Below, piece by piece: positions 1 through 11,608 of a stretch of DNA of 64,000 nt. The notes beneath the pieces are model-generated. The model saw nothing but the letters and a program-made list of their open reading frames with translations, was not told the DNA's origin and did not search any database. A program made the position numbers and the translations under genes. The stretch is from Nemertoderma westbladi (lineage: Eukaryota; Animalia; Xenacoelomorpha): positions 1 through 64,000 of the forward strand of contig JAUCBJ010002762.1 in assembly GCA_032718475.1 (NCBI GenBank), written 5' to 3'. Position 1 is the first letter of the stretch. Every line of letters begins with the position of its first letter.

Positions 1-3000
1 TTGTATCCTTGTCACATTTAGAGTCACTATCAGAGTGTGAGTCCTTGTCAGACTGTGAACCACTGTCAGATTGTGAGTGATTGTCATAAAGTGTGTCATT
101 GTCACAACGTGAGTCATTGTCACAACGTGTGTCATTGTCACAATGCGAGTCATTGTCACAACGTGTGTCATTGTCACAATGTGATTCATTGTCACAACGT
201 GAATCATTGTCACACTGTAATGTTGTAAAGGACAATTCTTGGTTACTAGGCAATATCGAAAAATAATCTCTAGCCTTTGAAATATAAGTTTCATCAGTAG
301 TTCCGTCGTCTTCACCAGGATCGTGTATTGGTGCTCTAGTATACCACCCTATTACACTACGACTAGCATATGGCTTACCTGGTGTTGGTATAGCTGGACG
401 TGTTTCCCAGATTTGATGTATATTGAATTGGTCTAATCCAATAAGCATAGCTATATTGCGATAATTAACCTTACACTCAGGTATTCCCAGAGAACAGAAA
501 TACTCACGCTCTTCTGGAAATGGAGCTGGGACCGGGCCTAAAAGGTTGATAAAATGTTCCATTGCATGGAATGTCAGATTTTCCAAAGGTAACATATCCC
601 TCTCAGCTTGAGTATGGAGGTGTCTTGGAAGCAAAGAGTCTAAGGTGATTTTGATTTTTGTTACAGGCACAGCTTGTCTCCCATGTATCGAACTAATATG
701 ATATTCCATACATTTACCTTGCTGGACATCCGTAACAACGCTAGCAACTTGTTTATCTATGTAACTATTTGTGGACGCTGGATCAAGTATGGCGTATATA
801 CATTTAGTGCCAAGTTCACCGCGAATACGCACCGGCACCACACTAAAACCTGCTGACTGAGTTTGTGTTAGCAGAGTTATACTAGGGTTTGGGCCACTCG
901 CTGTCTCGGAAATCACCGTATCAGATCTCGTTTCTCCATCTGAAGAACCTGATTGCTCGCTGATAGTGTCTGTTCCGATACCTGTGAATGTCACATTGCG
1001 TCTCATGGTGTTGGTGTTTTTCAACACTAATGTTGGGTGATCAGCACGAAACTGCTTTGTAGGTGTATGTTGTTTTGTATGTAATAACTGGTGATGTAAC
1101 CTACCACAATTGTTACAACCCTTATTAAGTGTGTTCGGGCAATCTCGACGTTTGTGTCCTTTTTCCAAGCACTTCCAACAAGCATCCAGGGATCTAATCG
1201 CCAGACGCCGCTGGTCTATATTCAATCTGGTGAAACTAGTACAATGTTGGAGTTTATGGTCCTGATAACTCTTACCTTTCTGGAAACAATATTGACAACC
1301 TCGGAAGTCTGATGCCAGTTCTTGCCGCTCTAACGTTATTCCAATAGGTGCAGGTACCTTCTTATCTGGTTGTGAAGAAATTGCACCAGCTACCGAATTA
1401 AAAGTGAACCTTGGTCGTTCGGGAGTAAAAGTGGTCTTTGGTTTTCCAACTGGACGTTTCTCTACCTGCAGGTATTCTTCGGAATAATTCGATCTGAGTT
1501 CAGCAAGGGCCTCGCGGGAGATTAATTCATAGAGATGGCTCAACCGTAATGTTTGACCTCGGTCCTCTATCTTGCTTTCTAGTTTTCTCCATTTCTGTCG
1601 GTGTCTCAAATCTAATCGCCTTATTATATCCTTAAGTACATCAGGACGGTCTCCATAACCTTCACAACCTACAGTGGGAAGGATATGGATTGCATTTTGT
1701 ATGGAATCTGCGAGCTTTAGCAGCTCATATGGGGTTGTGATTGGTCCGCCATTTCCTAACTCTTCCACTATAGACATCGCCATCTTAGTTTTGTTACCAT
1801 AGATATCACTTAATCGTTCCCATGAATGCACAAATGCTCGAGGATTGCCGGTAAATGAATAAGCTAAACCACGAGGTTCCTTATCTAATAACTGTAAAAG
1901 ATAATGAAATTTCTCAGTTGCTGTAAAGTCTTTAGCAATAATCTGTGACTCAATATACTCCTTAAAGGTCCTCCAGTGTTTTGGGTCTCCTGAAAAACGG
2001 GGAGGTTTCTGAGGTGGTAATCCCTGGCGTGCCGCCCATCGAGAAATCTCTGTCACCATATCAGCCGCTACTGGAATCGTCTCTAATGTTTCTGGCTTCT
2101 GTGTTGACATGCGCAATAATGTTTTATCTTTCCTTGGCTTAGAATACTTACCTGTTCTTATTTCCTTTTCATTTCCTTGATCACTATCGTTATTATAATG
2201 TTGAAAAGGATGTGGCCTGCCAGGCCAGGTTTGTTGAGTGTAAGCTTCTCCATCCATGGAGTCCGTGTTATATTGAAATCGATTAAATTTTGCATTTCGG
2301 TCTTCAGATCGCGCAACCTTGTCACTAACTTCTTGAACTCGTTGCAACACCGGTTCAGTGAACTCCCTCAGAGTCTCCTTTAATGGTTCCATTGTCACCT
2401 TAGTTTCTACTACAGGTGTATCAATATTTGGTCGATATTGACTATTCCTATTTGTATAACCCCATCCATTTGGGTATGTATTTTGGTCCCTGAAATTTTC
2501 TATTGATTGATCACAAATTACAGGTAAATTAATCCTCCCTCTGTTGGATAGCTGACCTGCTTGCTGTGAATGGTAATCACAATCGGTTGGATGTTGTCTA
2601 ACTCTACCTGCAGTAAGTTTAATTTCATTATGGTATTTACTTTCTCTTCGAGTTGCCTTCTCACCTCGGTTAGGAATTAATGAAATCCTTGGTTGGTGTG
2701 AACTTGAAAGCTCTAACTCACGTAGGTTTAATGTTTTGTCTTTTACTAAATATGGTGTGACTGAAATCACAGGATCCGCTCTAACTGGTACATGTATGAC
2801 GTCATTTTGCTCAAGACCTTCTTCATTTACTGCTGCTTGTGTTTCTGGATTAGGGGTACTCCATTCATCTCCTGGGAATCGCGCATTAAAAGCTGATAAT
2901 AAATGTAACCTACTTACAGGGTCATCCGGATCTTGAGCTGCATTGTGCTTCCGTACAGATGATGCTACACGATCAATTCTATCTAGAAGTGAGTTTGCTC

Positions 3001-4273
3001 GCCGTGTGCGAGCGATAGCTTCTAGGTTTTCCTGTTCTGCTTGTATGCGATGCTGTTCCTTCTCCAATAAATCATGTTTCCGTTGAGCTTCAAGGGCTTC
3101 AACACGTTGCCGCTGTTCTGCTTCGATTTCATTCCGTCTAGCCTCGAGATTAGCTTGTTTTTCTGCTTCAATTCCAGCACGTTTTAACCTTTCGGCATTG
3201 AGGTAAATGCGCTGTAATTTTAGAGCACGATCTCGCTCTAAGCGTTCCTGATTGATTCGCTCTGCTTCTGCTACTGCATCCGCGGTCGCCTTATACTCAA
3301 CCTTCTCTCGATCCAACTTGGCGATTTCTAAATTCAGCATACGTAATTCAGCTTCTGCGGCTGCAGTTTGTGAACGTAAAACTTCATCTGCTGCAATCCT
3401 TTTTTGTTCTTCTCGTAATTGTCTTTGTTGTTCCACTAAATTCCTTGCAGCAATCCTTTGGGATTCGGTTATTGACACATTACTGTATACTCCACCTACC
3501 TTCGAATGTGCCTGCTCCACATCATAGCCCAGCAACGAAATATCACGTGGTCCAATTCGTTGTGGAACTACATTTACACTGGCAGTGGTTGGTAATGGTA
3601 AACCAGGAAGTATAACTCCTTGTTCGAGTAAATATTGAGTGAGTTTGTCAATAAAATTCAGAGTCGCTTGTTCGATTTCATCTTCGTCATCCTTTGGATC
3701 TACTTGGGAAGCTGATTCGTCGAGTAGTTGTAATTCTTTATCCACTCGAATTTTATGAAAATGTTCACCTAACCTAATTATATTAGCTCTAGATTCCTTC
3801 AGTTTTTCAAACAACTGTGTTAGAGTACGCCTTTCACCACGTTTTTTAGCTTCGACTACAAGGCTCTCCAGTTCGACAACATGCTTCCGTATTAGTTCGT
3901 TATAATTATCTTGAATTGTTACAAGAGTACATCGGTGTAGAGCTTGGCTTTCGTCTAGTAATAGCTGAGAAACTTGGTTGGTATATCGGGTTATACTTGC
4001 CATATGTCCTCCAGCACGCTTACTGATAGATGGGCCGTGTATTAAGTTACTTACCTCGCTGACAGCGTCAGGGATTTCATCGTTAATCATAGCTTCTGTC
4101 TGGTCTCGCACCGTAGCATCTGGGATACTTGAAACTGCAGGGTCGTCTACAGACTTACCTTGATCCGACATAACAATCGGGTCTGGCGGTGTATTATTTA
4201 ATCTCTGACTTTGTTCGTCGGCAGTGTCATAATCATCCGTTGCGGGAGGTCCAGTATTTGGGGGTATACTCAT
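1..4273 (-). CDS. BEL/Pao Gag-protease(-Pol) polyprotein, 3'-partial (>=1424 codons)
   Basis: ATG at 4273. The same frame, spot-checked at 1993, 790 and 217, gives PPRFSGDPKHWRTF and EKFHYLLQLL (DUF1759-like gag), three CCHC/CCHH knuckles (CQYC..H..C, CWKCLEKGHKRRDC, CNNCGRLHHQLLH) and protease YAILDPASTNSYI. It is probably missing from the ORF track because no stop occurs inside the window. Confidence 0.8.
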   Translation of the reverse strand, partial: MSIPPNTGPPATDDYDTADEQSQRLNNTPPDPIVMSDQGKSVDDPAVSSIPDATVRDQTEAMINDEIPDAVSEVSNLIHGPSISKRAGGHMASITRYTNQVSQLLLDESQALHRCTLVTIQDNYNELIRKHVVELESLVVEAKKRGERRTLTQLFEKLKESRANIIRLGEHFHKIRVDKELQLLDESASQVDPKDDEDEIEQATLNFIDKLTQYLLEQGVILPGLPLPTTASVNVVPQRIGPRDISLLGYDVEQAHSKVGGVYSNVSITESQRIAARNLVEQQRQLREEQKRIAADEVLRSQTAAAEAELRMLNLEIAKLDREKVEYKATADAVAEAERINQERLERDRALKLQRIYLNAERLKRAGIEAEKQANLEARRNEIEAEQRQRVEALEAQRKHDLLEKEQHRIQAEQENLEAIARTRRANSLLDRIDRVASSVRKHNAAQDPDDPVSRLHLLSAFNARFPGDEWSTPNPETQAAVNEEGLEQNDVIHVPVRADPVISVTPYLVKDKTLNLRELELSSSHQPRISLIPNRGEKATRRESKYHNEIKLTAGRVRQHPTDCDYHSQQAGQLSNRGRINLPVICDQSIENFRDQNTYPNGWGYTNRNSQYRPNIDTPVVETKVTMEPLKETLREFTEPVLQRVQEVSDKVARSEDRNAKFNRFQYNTDSMDGEAYTQQTWPGRPHPFQHYNNDSDQGNEKEIRTGKYSKPRKDKTLLRMSTQKPETLETIPVAADMVTEISRWAARQGLPPQKPPRFSGDPKHWRTFKEYIESQIIAKDFTATEKFHYLLQLLDKEPRGLAYSFTGNPRAFVHSWERLSDIYGNKTKMAMSIVEELGNGGPITTPYELLKLADSIQNAIHILPTVGCEGYGDRPDVLKDIIRRLDLRHRQKWRKLESKIEDRGQTLRLSHLYELISREALAELRSNYSEEYLQVEKRPVGKPKTTFTPERPRFTFNSVAGAISSQPDKKVPAPIGITLERQELASDFRGCQYCFQKGKSYQDHKLQHCTSFTRLNIDQRRLAIRSLDACWKCLEKGHKRRDCPNTLNKGCNNCGRLHHQLLHTKQHTPTKQFRADHPTLVLKNTNTMRRNVTFTGIGTDTISEQSGSSDGETRSDTVISETASGPNPSITLLTQTQSAGFSVVPVRIRGELGTKCIYAILDPASTNSYIDKQVASVVTDVQQGKCMEYHISSIHGRQAVPVTKIKITLDSLLPRHLHTQAERDMLPLENLTFHAMEHFINLLGPVPAPFPEEREYFCSLGIPECKVNYRNIAMLIGLDQFNIHQIWETRPAIPTPGKPYASRSVIGWYTRAPIHDPGEDDGTTDETYISKARDYFSILPSNQELSFTTLQCDNDSRCDNESHCDNDTRCDNDSHCDNDTRCDNDSRCDNDTLYDNHSQSDSGSQSDKDSHSDSDSKCDKDT
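20..217 (-). repeat. 18-bp coding minisatellite (CDND[S/T][R/H])n inside the BEL polyprotein
   Basis: Tandem cattgtcacaacgtg(t/a)gt units, in frame with the minus-strand polyprotein. Confidence 0.85.
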
Positions 4274-5924
4274 AATTAATTTAATAAATGTCAATTATGT
4301 CAATTTCAGTAATTAAATTATAAAGTTCAGTAAGTCGGTTGTCATAACCTTCAGGTCGGTGCTTTATCGAACGGTAACTAAATTAACCAGTTAATAGCAC
4401 TTTATAGTAATTATTAATATTAAAATAATTTCACAAAATTTACAAACTATAATAAATTTTGTGAATTAATTCGACACAAATTATCTTCTAGAACGGTAGT
4501 TCTAATCACAGATTTTCGTTAGCACAATAAAACAGCAAATATCAATAATATTACCAAACAAATTCGGTAAATTATTTGAAATATAAATATTTTATAATTC
4601 GTGAACCTTCGGGCACTGGGAATGGATACACAATTTGATCAACGGATACCATAATGTCAAGTTAAATGTCAAATTAATATTTAAAAATATTGCAGCCGAA
4701 ATATTTCTACATTGTCTCACAAATACAAAGGTGAAAACTGTACAACTAACCCCAAGAAGAGCAGTCCGTCCCTCCCGCGTACCAATCCGTGACGTCATCC
4801 TTGAGAAACTTTCTCCCGTTGTGGATGCTCACCAATGTACCAAACTCGTGGATTTCAGCAATCCCAGATTCAATTGTAAATCTTGTCAGAGTACCTGCAA
4901 GTTGTACGTAGAATTAATCCGGTGCCCTAATTTATTTATACTTGTAATCAATTTAAATTCCTACTATTATTTTAATTTAATATTATCAAATATTTTAACT
5001 AACCAGAAATATAAAATTGACTGAGCCGAATAGGTACAAATAGTATTTTCTTAATAACGTTTGAACGTTACTAATATAAATTATCCTAGAAACAAATTGT
5101 AATTTATGAAAATTGAATGTAAAACTATCTGCATAAGAATCCCCGACCAGGCAGATCTATATGTGAACTACTAATCAACGATTCCCGGGTCGAGATCTCC
5201 ACAAAGAATATAATTTACCGCTATAGCGGGTCCTTATCTGATCTACTAAACAGCCTCCCCAGACTGTGTATTTTCTAGGATAATCTATTGATAATTTCGA
5301 GTTCAATAAATATTTCAGGTTTTTATAAAAAACATTTCCCATATGAACAGCAATTGCTGAATATGTAACAGTAACAATAAATGGATAACAAATTCACGCC
5401 AAACTGTTTATCTAAATTTACATCAGACTTACCGTAATTCTAAAAATTGCAAATATCTCGGCAAGAATTGTCTAATTGTCCTTGTCAGCTACAGTAGGAT
5501 ACAGTGCCTAAATTGTCCATAGCGCAAGTTAGTTGTATAGTGGCAAATAACTAATTTCCACCTAATATAGAATAATCCCTAACAGTCTGTCAGTCATGCA
5601 CAGCAGAATATATTCCAACATTCCAGAATATGACATTCCAGAACACAAAATTATGTATAAGTAAACAAATTAATTCTACACCACCCTGCACAGTAACAAA
5701 GGAACTCAACTGATGCTGCCTGGAACCCAACAACCAATCAAATGTCGGCTCACGCATAGCAACCACGAATTGAGCTCCTATAATCTCTTGCCAAGGCTAC
5801 GCTAAACTGAGGTATAGAATTATTCACCTATAAATAACTATTGGCTTATTTTCTGCTGTTGCGTTGTGCGTGTTTTTGCTTCGCTGTGCGGATTGTTCAA
5901 TTTTCATACGGGTGTCCTAAATTT

Positions 5925-6557
5925 TGTAAGGCTGGTGAAATGTAAGACAGCTAAAGTTGATGACCTACACCTGACAAATGTTTCTCCCATTTACCCGTAA
6001 TGATACTCTAACCTGACTTCCCTTGACTATTAGTATCCGTGCGACTATGGTTGTTCAGCCGCTAGTATCCATGTTTCCCAACCTACCGGCCCACGTAAAT
6101 GACGCTTAGCTCATCATGTTGTAAATGTTTTAACCGATAACATTGTTGAAAATAAATTGAAGTTAGAACTCAAGATAGTATAATCTGATACTTAAATTCA
6201 CATAATAATTACTTCCAAACACGAACGAAATACAGGTAATTATAAGATTGTAAATTCTATTTGTGAATATTTCTAAAAGTAATATAATATTAATCTGCCC
6301 TACTATCTGACTAAATGACTAACTTACTAACTTACTAACTTACTAACTTGTTGCAAAAGAGGGGGTGGGCCCTTTTATACCACAACGTTGACACCTAATC
6401 ACGTTATATCGAATCACATTTAAGCTTAACTAGTATGTATCCCTTAGCAACCTATGCATTCATATGTTAGTGAAGCAAAGGTGGCAAACATCCAACAATG
6501 AAGGGCTAAACAATAAATTTGATCATAACATTGTTATCTGCCGGTCCTGTCCTAACA
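5925..6557 (-). repeat. Putative 5' LTR of the BEL element
   Basis: Minus sense begins TGTTAGG and ends CCTTACA (6/7 inverted termini); TATAAAA on the minus strand at 6373-6379. The second LTR is outside the window, so the limits are unconfirmed. Confidence 0.45.
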
Positions 6558-7214
6558 TATTTAGTATTTCTCCTCTAAAGACATGAATCAGTGCGAGTAT
6601 AGGTCCCATCAATAGAGCAAAGGCAACGCCTTCCAGCGGTCATTATAGAAATCGCACTGAATATTTTATTAAATCTGAGATAACATGGTGGGGCGAGCCA
6701 CGAAAGTAAAGGAACGGCTTAATACCGATAAAAATAAAATTATCCTTCGGTGTTACTTAAAAATATACTTCACTTCCTATTCATAAGTAAGATATTATAA
6801 ATCATGGCAAATATTTCCCTTTACTAAAAATTATACTATTATTAAGCAATTGTTGTTAATTTAAAATTAAGTACCGACACAAAATCAATACACTCTTTGG
6901 GGATTAGGGCCCGGTCAGTAGCCTTTGCCGTAGCATACTCTACCGCAATGTTAAATGTATTGTATATTACAATATTACAATATTACTTTTAGTTTTATAT
7001 TATATTGATTTGCACTATTAATGCTTCAGCTAAATGTAATAATGTAATGTATTAATAATAATGACTTGGATTTTCGGTATATTTTGGATTGCATTTTGAT
7101 TATTTTGAAGCTATACTTTGGATCCTAACGGACCCAAAGCACCCCTCGCCCGGTTTCTCTTTTTCCTCATCCCAGAGGTTTTTATATGGTGTTACAGTAC
7201 GCTATTTTTATATG

Positions 7215-7642
7215 AGTAGTAGAAGAAGAATGGTCCTTGTCGTAAGTCATCCCTAGCTTGGGCTATGGGCATACCACTCGGAGGGCTATTAAAAATGCCA
7301 AATTCCGGAGCTAAATTGCGGTGCGCGCCATATGTCACCATCGATCGGCAGTTGCCATCAACCAATCGTAGCGTAGCCTAACCTCGCGATGTCCGCCTTA
7401 CTCGACTACTGACTGACTAACTAACTAACCCTAATGTTATTCACCTTTTCGCCACGTTACCACCACCGCCACGCTACCACCACTGTATACTGTATATGGT
7501 GACGATGTGGCCATCTACACACATCGCGCATATATTATATAATATCGATTGCCAACTCCTCGACTGCTGTGGCCAAATCAACAAACCAACCAGTATGATA
7601 CATGAAATTCCGCCACGTTCCAGCTACGCGTATACGAGCATT
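7215..7642 (+). repeat. Left terminal inverted repeat of the Polinton
   Basis: Reverse complement of 26771-27169 with scattered substitutions and indels. Confidence 0.93.
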
Positions 7643-7887
7643 AGTGATTATTATTATTATTACGCAGAACCAAATAATTTTTGATTATACAGTAGTTGCC
7701 TACCGGCTAATCAACCAATCAATAAACCGAATTTAGGCTATTTCTCAGTTTAAGACCTGTATTATTTTTGAAAATATCTTATATATATAATCTCTTGCTT
7801 TAATCACAATTAATCATTTGTAATGGTTTTAGTTTAAAAGTTTTTACTTTGTTTGTTTGATTTACAATAAAATAAATTAATTAAATA

Positions 7888-8331
7888 ATGTCTTCTGATT
7901 CCGATATGGTTATGCCAATAGTAAGGCATTCATTTTTTGCAGAAGATGGTGAAGCCTATATTGTTATTGATTATACAATTTACCGTCGGGGAGATGATAA
8001 ATATAAAATTGAGTTTTCTGAAAAAGCCAGGAAAGTTTTAAGCTCAATTGATATTGATGCTTCTGATAATAGTATTCATCTCTTAGATTACAACCTGAAA
8101 GTTGAGCATGAGGGAAAATTAATCAATATCTTACTATTATCCATGATAGAGGGGTTCATTGTTATTACACAATACAACGAAGCTGGTGAAAAGTTTGAAA
8201 TACGGCTAAATCGGCATAGCCCCTACAAAATTATGTCTTTCTTTATTGTAATGATTTCAAAAGAATCCTTTATCGAAACTGAAGAATCAACAGATAATGT
8301 TGAATATGTTGATAATATCATTGATTTTTGA
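7888..8331 (+). CDS. Polinton accessory protein, unknown function (147 aa)
   Basis: ATG ORF just inside the left TIR after an AT-rich leader; no motif recognised. Confidence 0.6.
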   Translation: MSSDSDMVMPIVRHSFFAEDGEAYIVIDYTIYRRGDDKYKIEFSEKARKVLSSIDIDASDNSIHLLDYNLKVEHEGKLINILLLSMIEGFIVITQYNEAGEKFEIRLNRHSPYKIMSFFIVMISKESFIETEESTDNVEYVDNIIDF

Positions 8332-8519
8332 CTTTTCCCGCTATATTATAAATATTTTATGATTATTTATAAAATTTTGATGTTTTTAATTATGAAAAAA
8401 AAAAACATCAAATTTTAAATAATCGAAAATTGTAGTAGTAATTGCATATACAGTATAACAGATTTGTTTGTTGTTGTGTATCGAGGTAATTATTTTCAAT
8501 TTACTTTAAAATTTGGAAA

Positions 8520-8864
8520 ATGGATATTTTAAATGAAAAATGTCCAGTTTGCTATTCTAAGTTATTGCAACATCGAGATTATTATAAATGTGAAAATAAA
8601 CATGCAACTTGCGTACAATGTATTGTACAATATTCCGAAATGAATAATTATTGTTCTAAAATTTGTCCTATTTGTCGCGCACCCATATCTAAGTTTAATA
8701 TAAAGTTGGCGAGATACCAACCCTATTATTGGAAAGAGCTTCGCAATATAACTTATATTTCTGCGGAAAGTAATGATCAGGGAGATTTATTTACAATATT
8801 GGAGAATATTTTTTATAGAAATGTAGTACGACGGTGTTGCTACTATATTCCTTATTTTTTTTAG
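8520..8864 (+). CDS. RING-finger (C3HC4-like) protein, probable E3 ligase
   Basis: CPVC..CENKHATCVQC..CPICR. The stop follows a T-run at ~8854-8862, so the ORF may originally have extended further. Confidence 0.8.
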   Translation: MDILNEKCPVCYSKLLQHRDYYKCENKHATCVQCIVQYSEMNNYCSKICPICRAPISKFNIKLARYQPYYWKELRNITYISAESNDQGDLFTILENIFYRNVVRRCCYYIPYFF

Positions 8865-9193
8865 CAGCGAACATAAAAAAATCATTAGCGCGAAATTCTC
8901 GGGAAGTGATTTCCAAACCGCCGATGTTACCTATCATTATTTCGCATATAAAGATGCTCACCATGCTTGAAATTACACTGAAAATGAGTCTATACTATAA
9001 TTGGAAATAGCACCTTTTGTTGCAGCGAGCGTCACATACTGTAGTTGTGTCATATGTTAATTAAATATACAGTACTCTAATATTGTAGTTGCATCAATTA
9101 TTGTTATATACATAGTAATGGTGATGGTTTATTGATATTGATATTGATATTATATTATATTGTATTGTTGATATATCTTAATAATAATAATAA

Positions 9194-9874
9194 ATGGCTG
9201 ACTTTAATTCAGGTCCATATAATTTAAACTTTCAAATGGGAACGAGTATGATAATTTCTGGCCCATCTGGTTCTGGAAAGTCAACATTTGTTAGCAATTT
9301 AATTAAACACAAGAATGGTTGTTTCAACGAAGCCCCCTTGCGAGTATTATATTGTTACGGGAGCAATCCCCCAACTATTCCTGGTATTACTCACCTTTAC
9401 AAAGGTTTGCCAGAAAATATAGATAGTTTAGTGAATAGTCGAGATTTATTAATTATAGATGATTTATTAACAGAAACTGAGTCCAGTACAGCTTTAACTG
9501 TATTGTTTACTAAGGTAGCTCATCATTCCAATATATTTATTTGTTTTATAACGCAAAGCATGTTTTACGGTGGGAAGCATAACCGCACAAGATCAATTAA
9601 TAGCCATACTTTAGTATTAATGAAAAATCCGCGAGACAGTTTATCGGTTTTAAATTTCGCGAAGCAGATGTTACCAGGGCAGACCAAATTTTTAGTAGAT
9701 TCCTATCAAGATGCGACTATTGAACCATTTTCGCATTTCTTAATTGATTTACGACAGGAAACACCCGAACATTTAAGATTTAGATTGGATATATCTCGTA
9801 ATCATAATTGTTACATTAAAAATTACATTGACTATAAACATAGCGAAAATAATAATAATAATAATAATAAATAA
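9194..9874 (+). CDS. A32/FtsK-like genome packaging ATPase
   Basis: Walker A GPSGSGKS, Walker B LLIIDD, ITQ motif and the DL..ETP..LR.R motif typical of Polinton ATPases. Confidence 0.93.
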   Translation: MADFNSGPYNLNFQMGTSMIISGPSGSGKSTFVSNLIKHKNGCFNEAPLRVLYCYGSNPPTIPGITHLYKGLPENIDSLVNSRDLLIIDDLLTETESSTALTVLFTKVAHHSNIFICFITQSMFYGGKHNRTRSINSHTLVLMKNPRDSLSVLNFAKQMLPGQTKFLVDSYQDATIEPFSHFLIDLRQETPEHLRFRLDISRNHNCYIKNYIDYKHSENNNNNNNK

Positions 9875-9911
9875 TTAATATTTTGTAACAATTTTCAATA
9901 ATGTTGCAACA

Positions 9912-10295
9912 ATGAATAGACTTGTGTAGAAATATCGTAACGAACTGGAATTTCTACGCAGCGCTACCCCTCAACAAAGAACTTATTTTATTAACCATAC
10001 CGCGAGTAACGAATTAATACGGCTCATTGTAAATACTGCATTAAATGTTCTAAAAGGTAACATACAATTGACCCCTCATTCATTTAGAAATATTCGCCGC
10101 TATAAAAAGGTATTGAAATCACTCAACCGTAAAACAAAAAATATATCAAGTTACAGAAAAAAGTTAAGCAATCAATCTGGAGGTATACTACCGTTTCTAA
10201 TACCCTTACTCGGCATTGGTGCGAAACTCGCCGCGAGTGCCGGTGCCGCTGCCGCTGGAGCGGCTATTGTGAAAAAAATTAACCGTGGACGGTAA
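9912..10295 (+). pseudogene. Basic virion core protein with adenovirus pX-like C-terminus; premature TAG at 9927-9929
   Basis: ATG 9912 is in frame with the 10068-10295 ORF: MNRLV*KYRNELEFL..ALNVLKGNIQLT..QSGGILPFLIPLLGIGAKLAASAG. Confidence 0.75.
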
Positions 10296-10297
10296 TA

Positions 10298-10468
10298 ATG
10301 GTTAAAACAGGAGTAACATTTAGAAAATTATATTTAGTATCGAGTAAACCGTTAGCTACTGATTTAAAACCTCAAGATATACCTAGAGTAAATACTACAA
10401 AAAGAAAACCCTTTAAAACATCAACTTCAAAAAAAATAATAAAAAAATTTCAGTTGTTTTTACGGTGA
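10298..10468 (+). CDS. Small basic Polinton protein (56 aa)
   Basis: MVKTGVTFRKLYLVSSKP..KKFQLFLR*; starts 2 nt after the previous stop in the tightly packed gene block. Confidence 0.45.
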   Translation: MVKTGVTFRKLYLVSSKPLATDLKPQDIPRVNTTKRKPFKTSTSKKIIKKFQLFLR

Positions 10469-10519
10469 TGCCCTTTATAAGAGATTTGAATATACATATT
10501 ACTTGCAGTTGTCGAAAAG

Positions 10520-11608
10520 ATGCCACGCAAGATGAAACCGATTTTAAGCCGAAGCTTAGACAAAAAACTGTTAAGAATTTATTTAGATCCATCATCCCCT
10601 GCGGGTTTTGCAAGTATCGCAAAATTAGCAAAAGCTGCAAACATCAAACCAGCTCAAGCCCAGAAATGGTTGAGCGGGCAAAAGACATACTCCCTTCACG
10701 CACCACGTAGACATCATTATCCAACATCTAAAATATTTACGGGAGGCTTAAAAGATATATATATGATAGATCTGGTGGATATGCAGCAATATAAATCGCA
10801 AAATAATAATTATAACTATATATTAACATGTATTGATGCCTTTAGCCGGCTTGCTTTTGCCTATGGTATGAAAACAAAAAAGGGTATTGAAATTATTAGT
10901 ATATTGCAAAAAATATTCCAGAAAGGAAAACCAAACAGAATCGCAACTGATCAAGGGTCTGAGTTTCTAAATAAATCTGTAAGGAAATATTTAGATACTA
11001 TTGGTATACAGTATTATGTAATGTATTCTGTGAATAAGGCGGCTATTGTCGAGAGATTCAATAGAACATTAAAAACAAAGATGTTCAAAATTTTCACGCA
11101 ACGGGGAAATAATGTTTGGATAAAAATTTTACCGAAGCTCATTTATGCTTATAATAGGTCATATCATAGGACAATACAAATGACACCCATTGAAGTTAAT
11201 AAATTTAATGAAACTGAATTAATGAATAGATTATATGGGAAATATAGACAGATTAATCACAAGAAAATAAAATTTAAAGTTGGAGATACAGAACGATTAT
11301 CTATCGCTCGTACTGCTTTTGCTCAAGGCTATCGAGAACAATGGACACGTGAATTATTTATTATTCATCGGGTCAGATTGGATAGAGTACCAGCGGTAAT
11401 GTTCGATATTAAGGACAGTGCTGGAGCTATAATAAATGGCTCATTTTATTCATACGAACTCCAAAAGGTCCACCCAAATAGTAATATTTATCTTCCGATT
11501 GACAAAAATATTGGCAAACTTAAAGAACGTGTACGCAATGGGAAAAAAGAATATTTAGTCCGATTCATCGGATCCAAGAAACAGTCATGGGTACAGCATA
11601 TTCAATAA
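10520..11608 (+). CDS. Retroviral-like (rve) integrase with C-terminal chromodomain-like tail
   Basis: IDLVDM, CIDAFSR, TDQGSEF, VERFNRTLK (DDE core), YNRSYHRTIQMTP; tail KEYLVRFIG..SWV. Confidence 0.95.
   Translation: MPRKMKPILSRSLDKKLLRIYLDPSSPAGFASIAKLAKAANIKPAQAQKWLSGQKTYSLHAPRRHHYPTSKIFTGGLKDIYMIDLVDMQQYKSQNNNYNYILTCIDAFSRLAFAYGMKTKKGIEIISILQKIFQKGKPNRIATDQGSEFLNKSVRKYLDTIGIQYYVMYSVNKAAIVERFNRTLKTKMFKIFTQRGNNVWIKILPKLIYAYNRSYHRTIQMTPIEVNKFNETELMNRLYGKYRQINHKKIKFKVGDTERLSIARTAFAQGYREQWTRELFIIHRVRLDRVPAVMFDIKDSAGAIINGSFYSYELQKVHPNSNIYLPIDKNIGKLKERVRNGKKEYLVRFIGSKKQSWVQHIQ

Larger units (their letters stand above)
1..6557 (-). mobile_element. BEL/Pao LTR retrotransposon, 5' part (5' LTR, long leader, gag-protease); continues beyond the left window edge
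   Basis: Minus-strand ORF with BEL-type gag and aspartic protease motifs, preceded by an LTR-like segment. Confidence 0.8.

Noticed and set aside
37-4163. Plus-strand ORFs including the Cys/His-rich 37-228 ORF
   Set aside because: Antisense shadows of the BEL polyprotein frame.
7496-7684. ORFs within the Polinton TIRs (also 26705-26974)
   Set aside because: Frames are not preserved between the two TIR copies.
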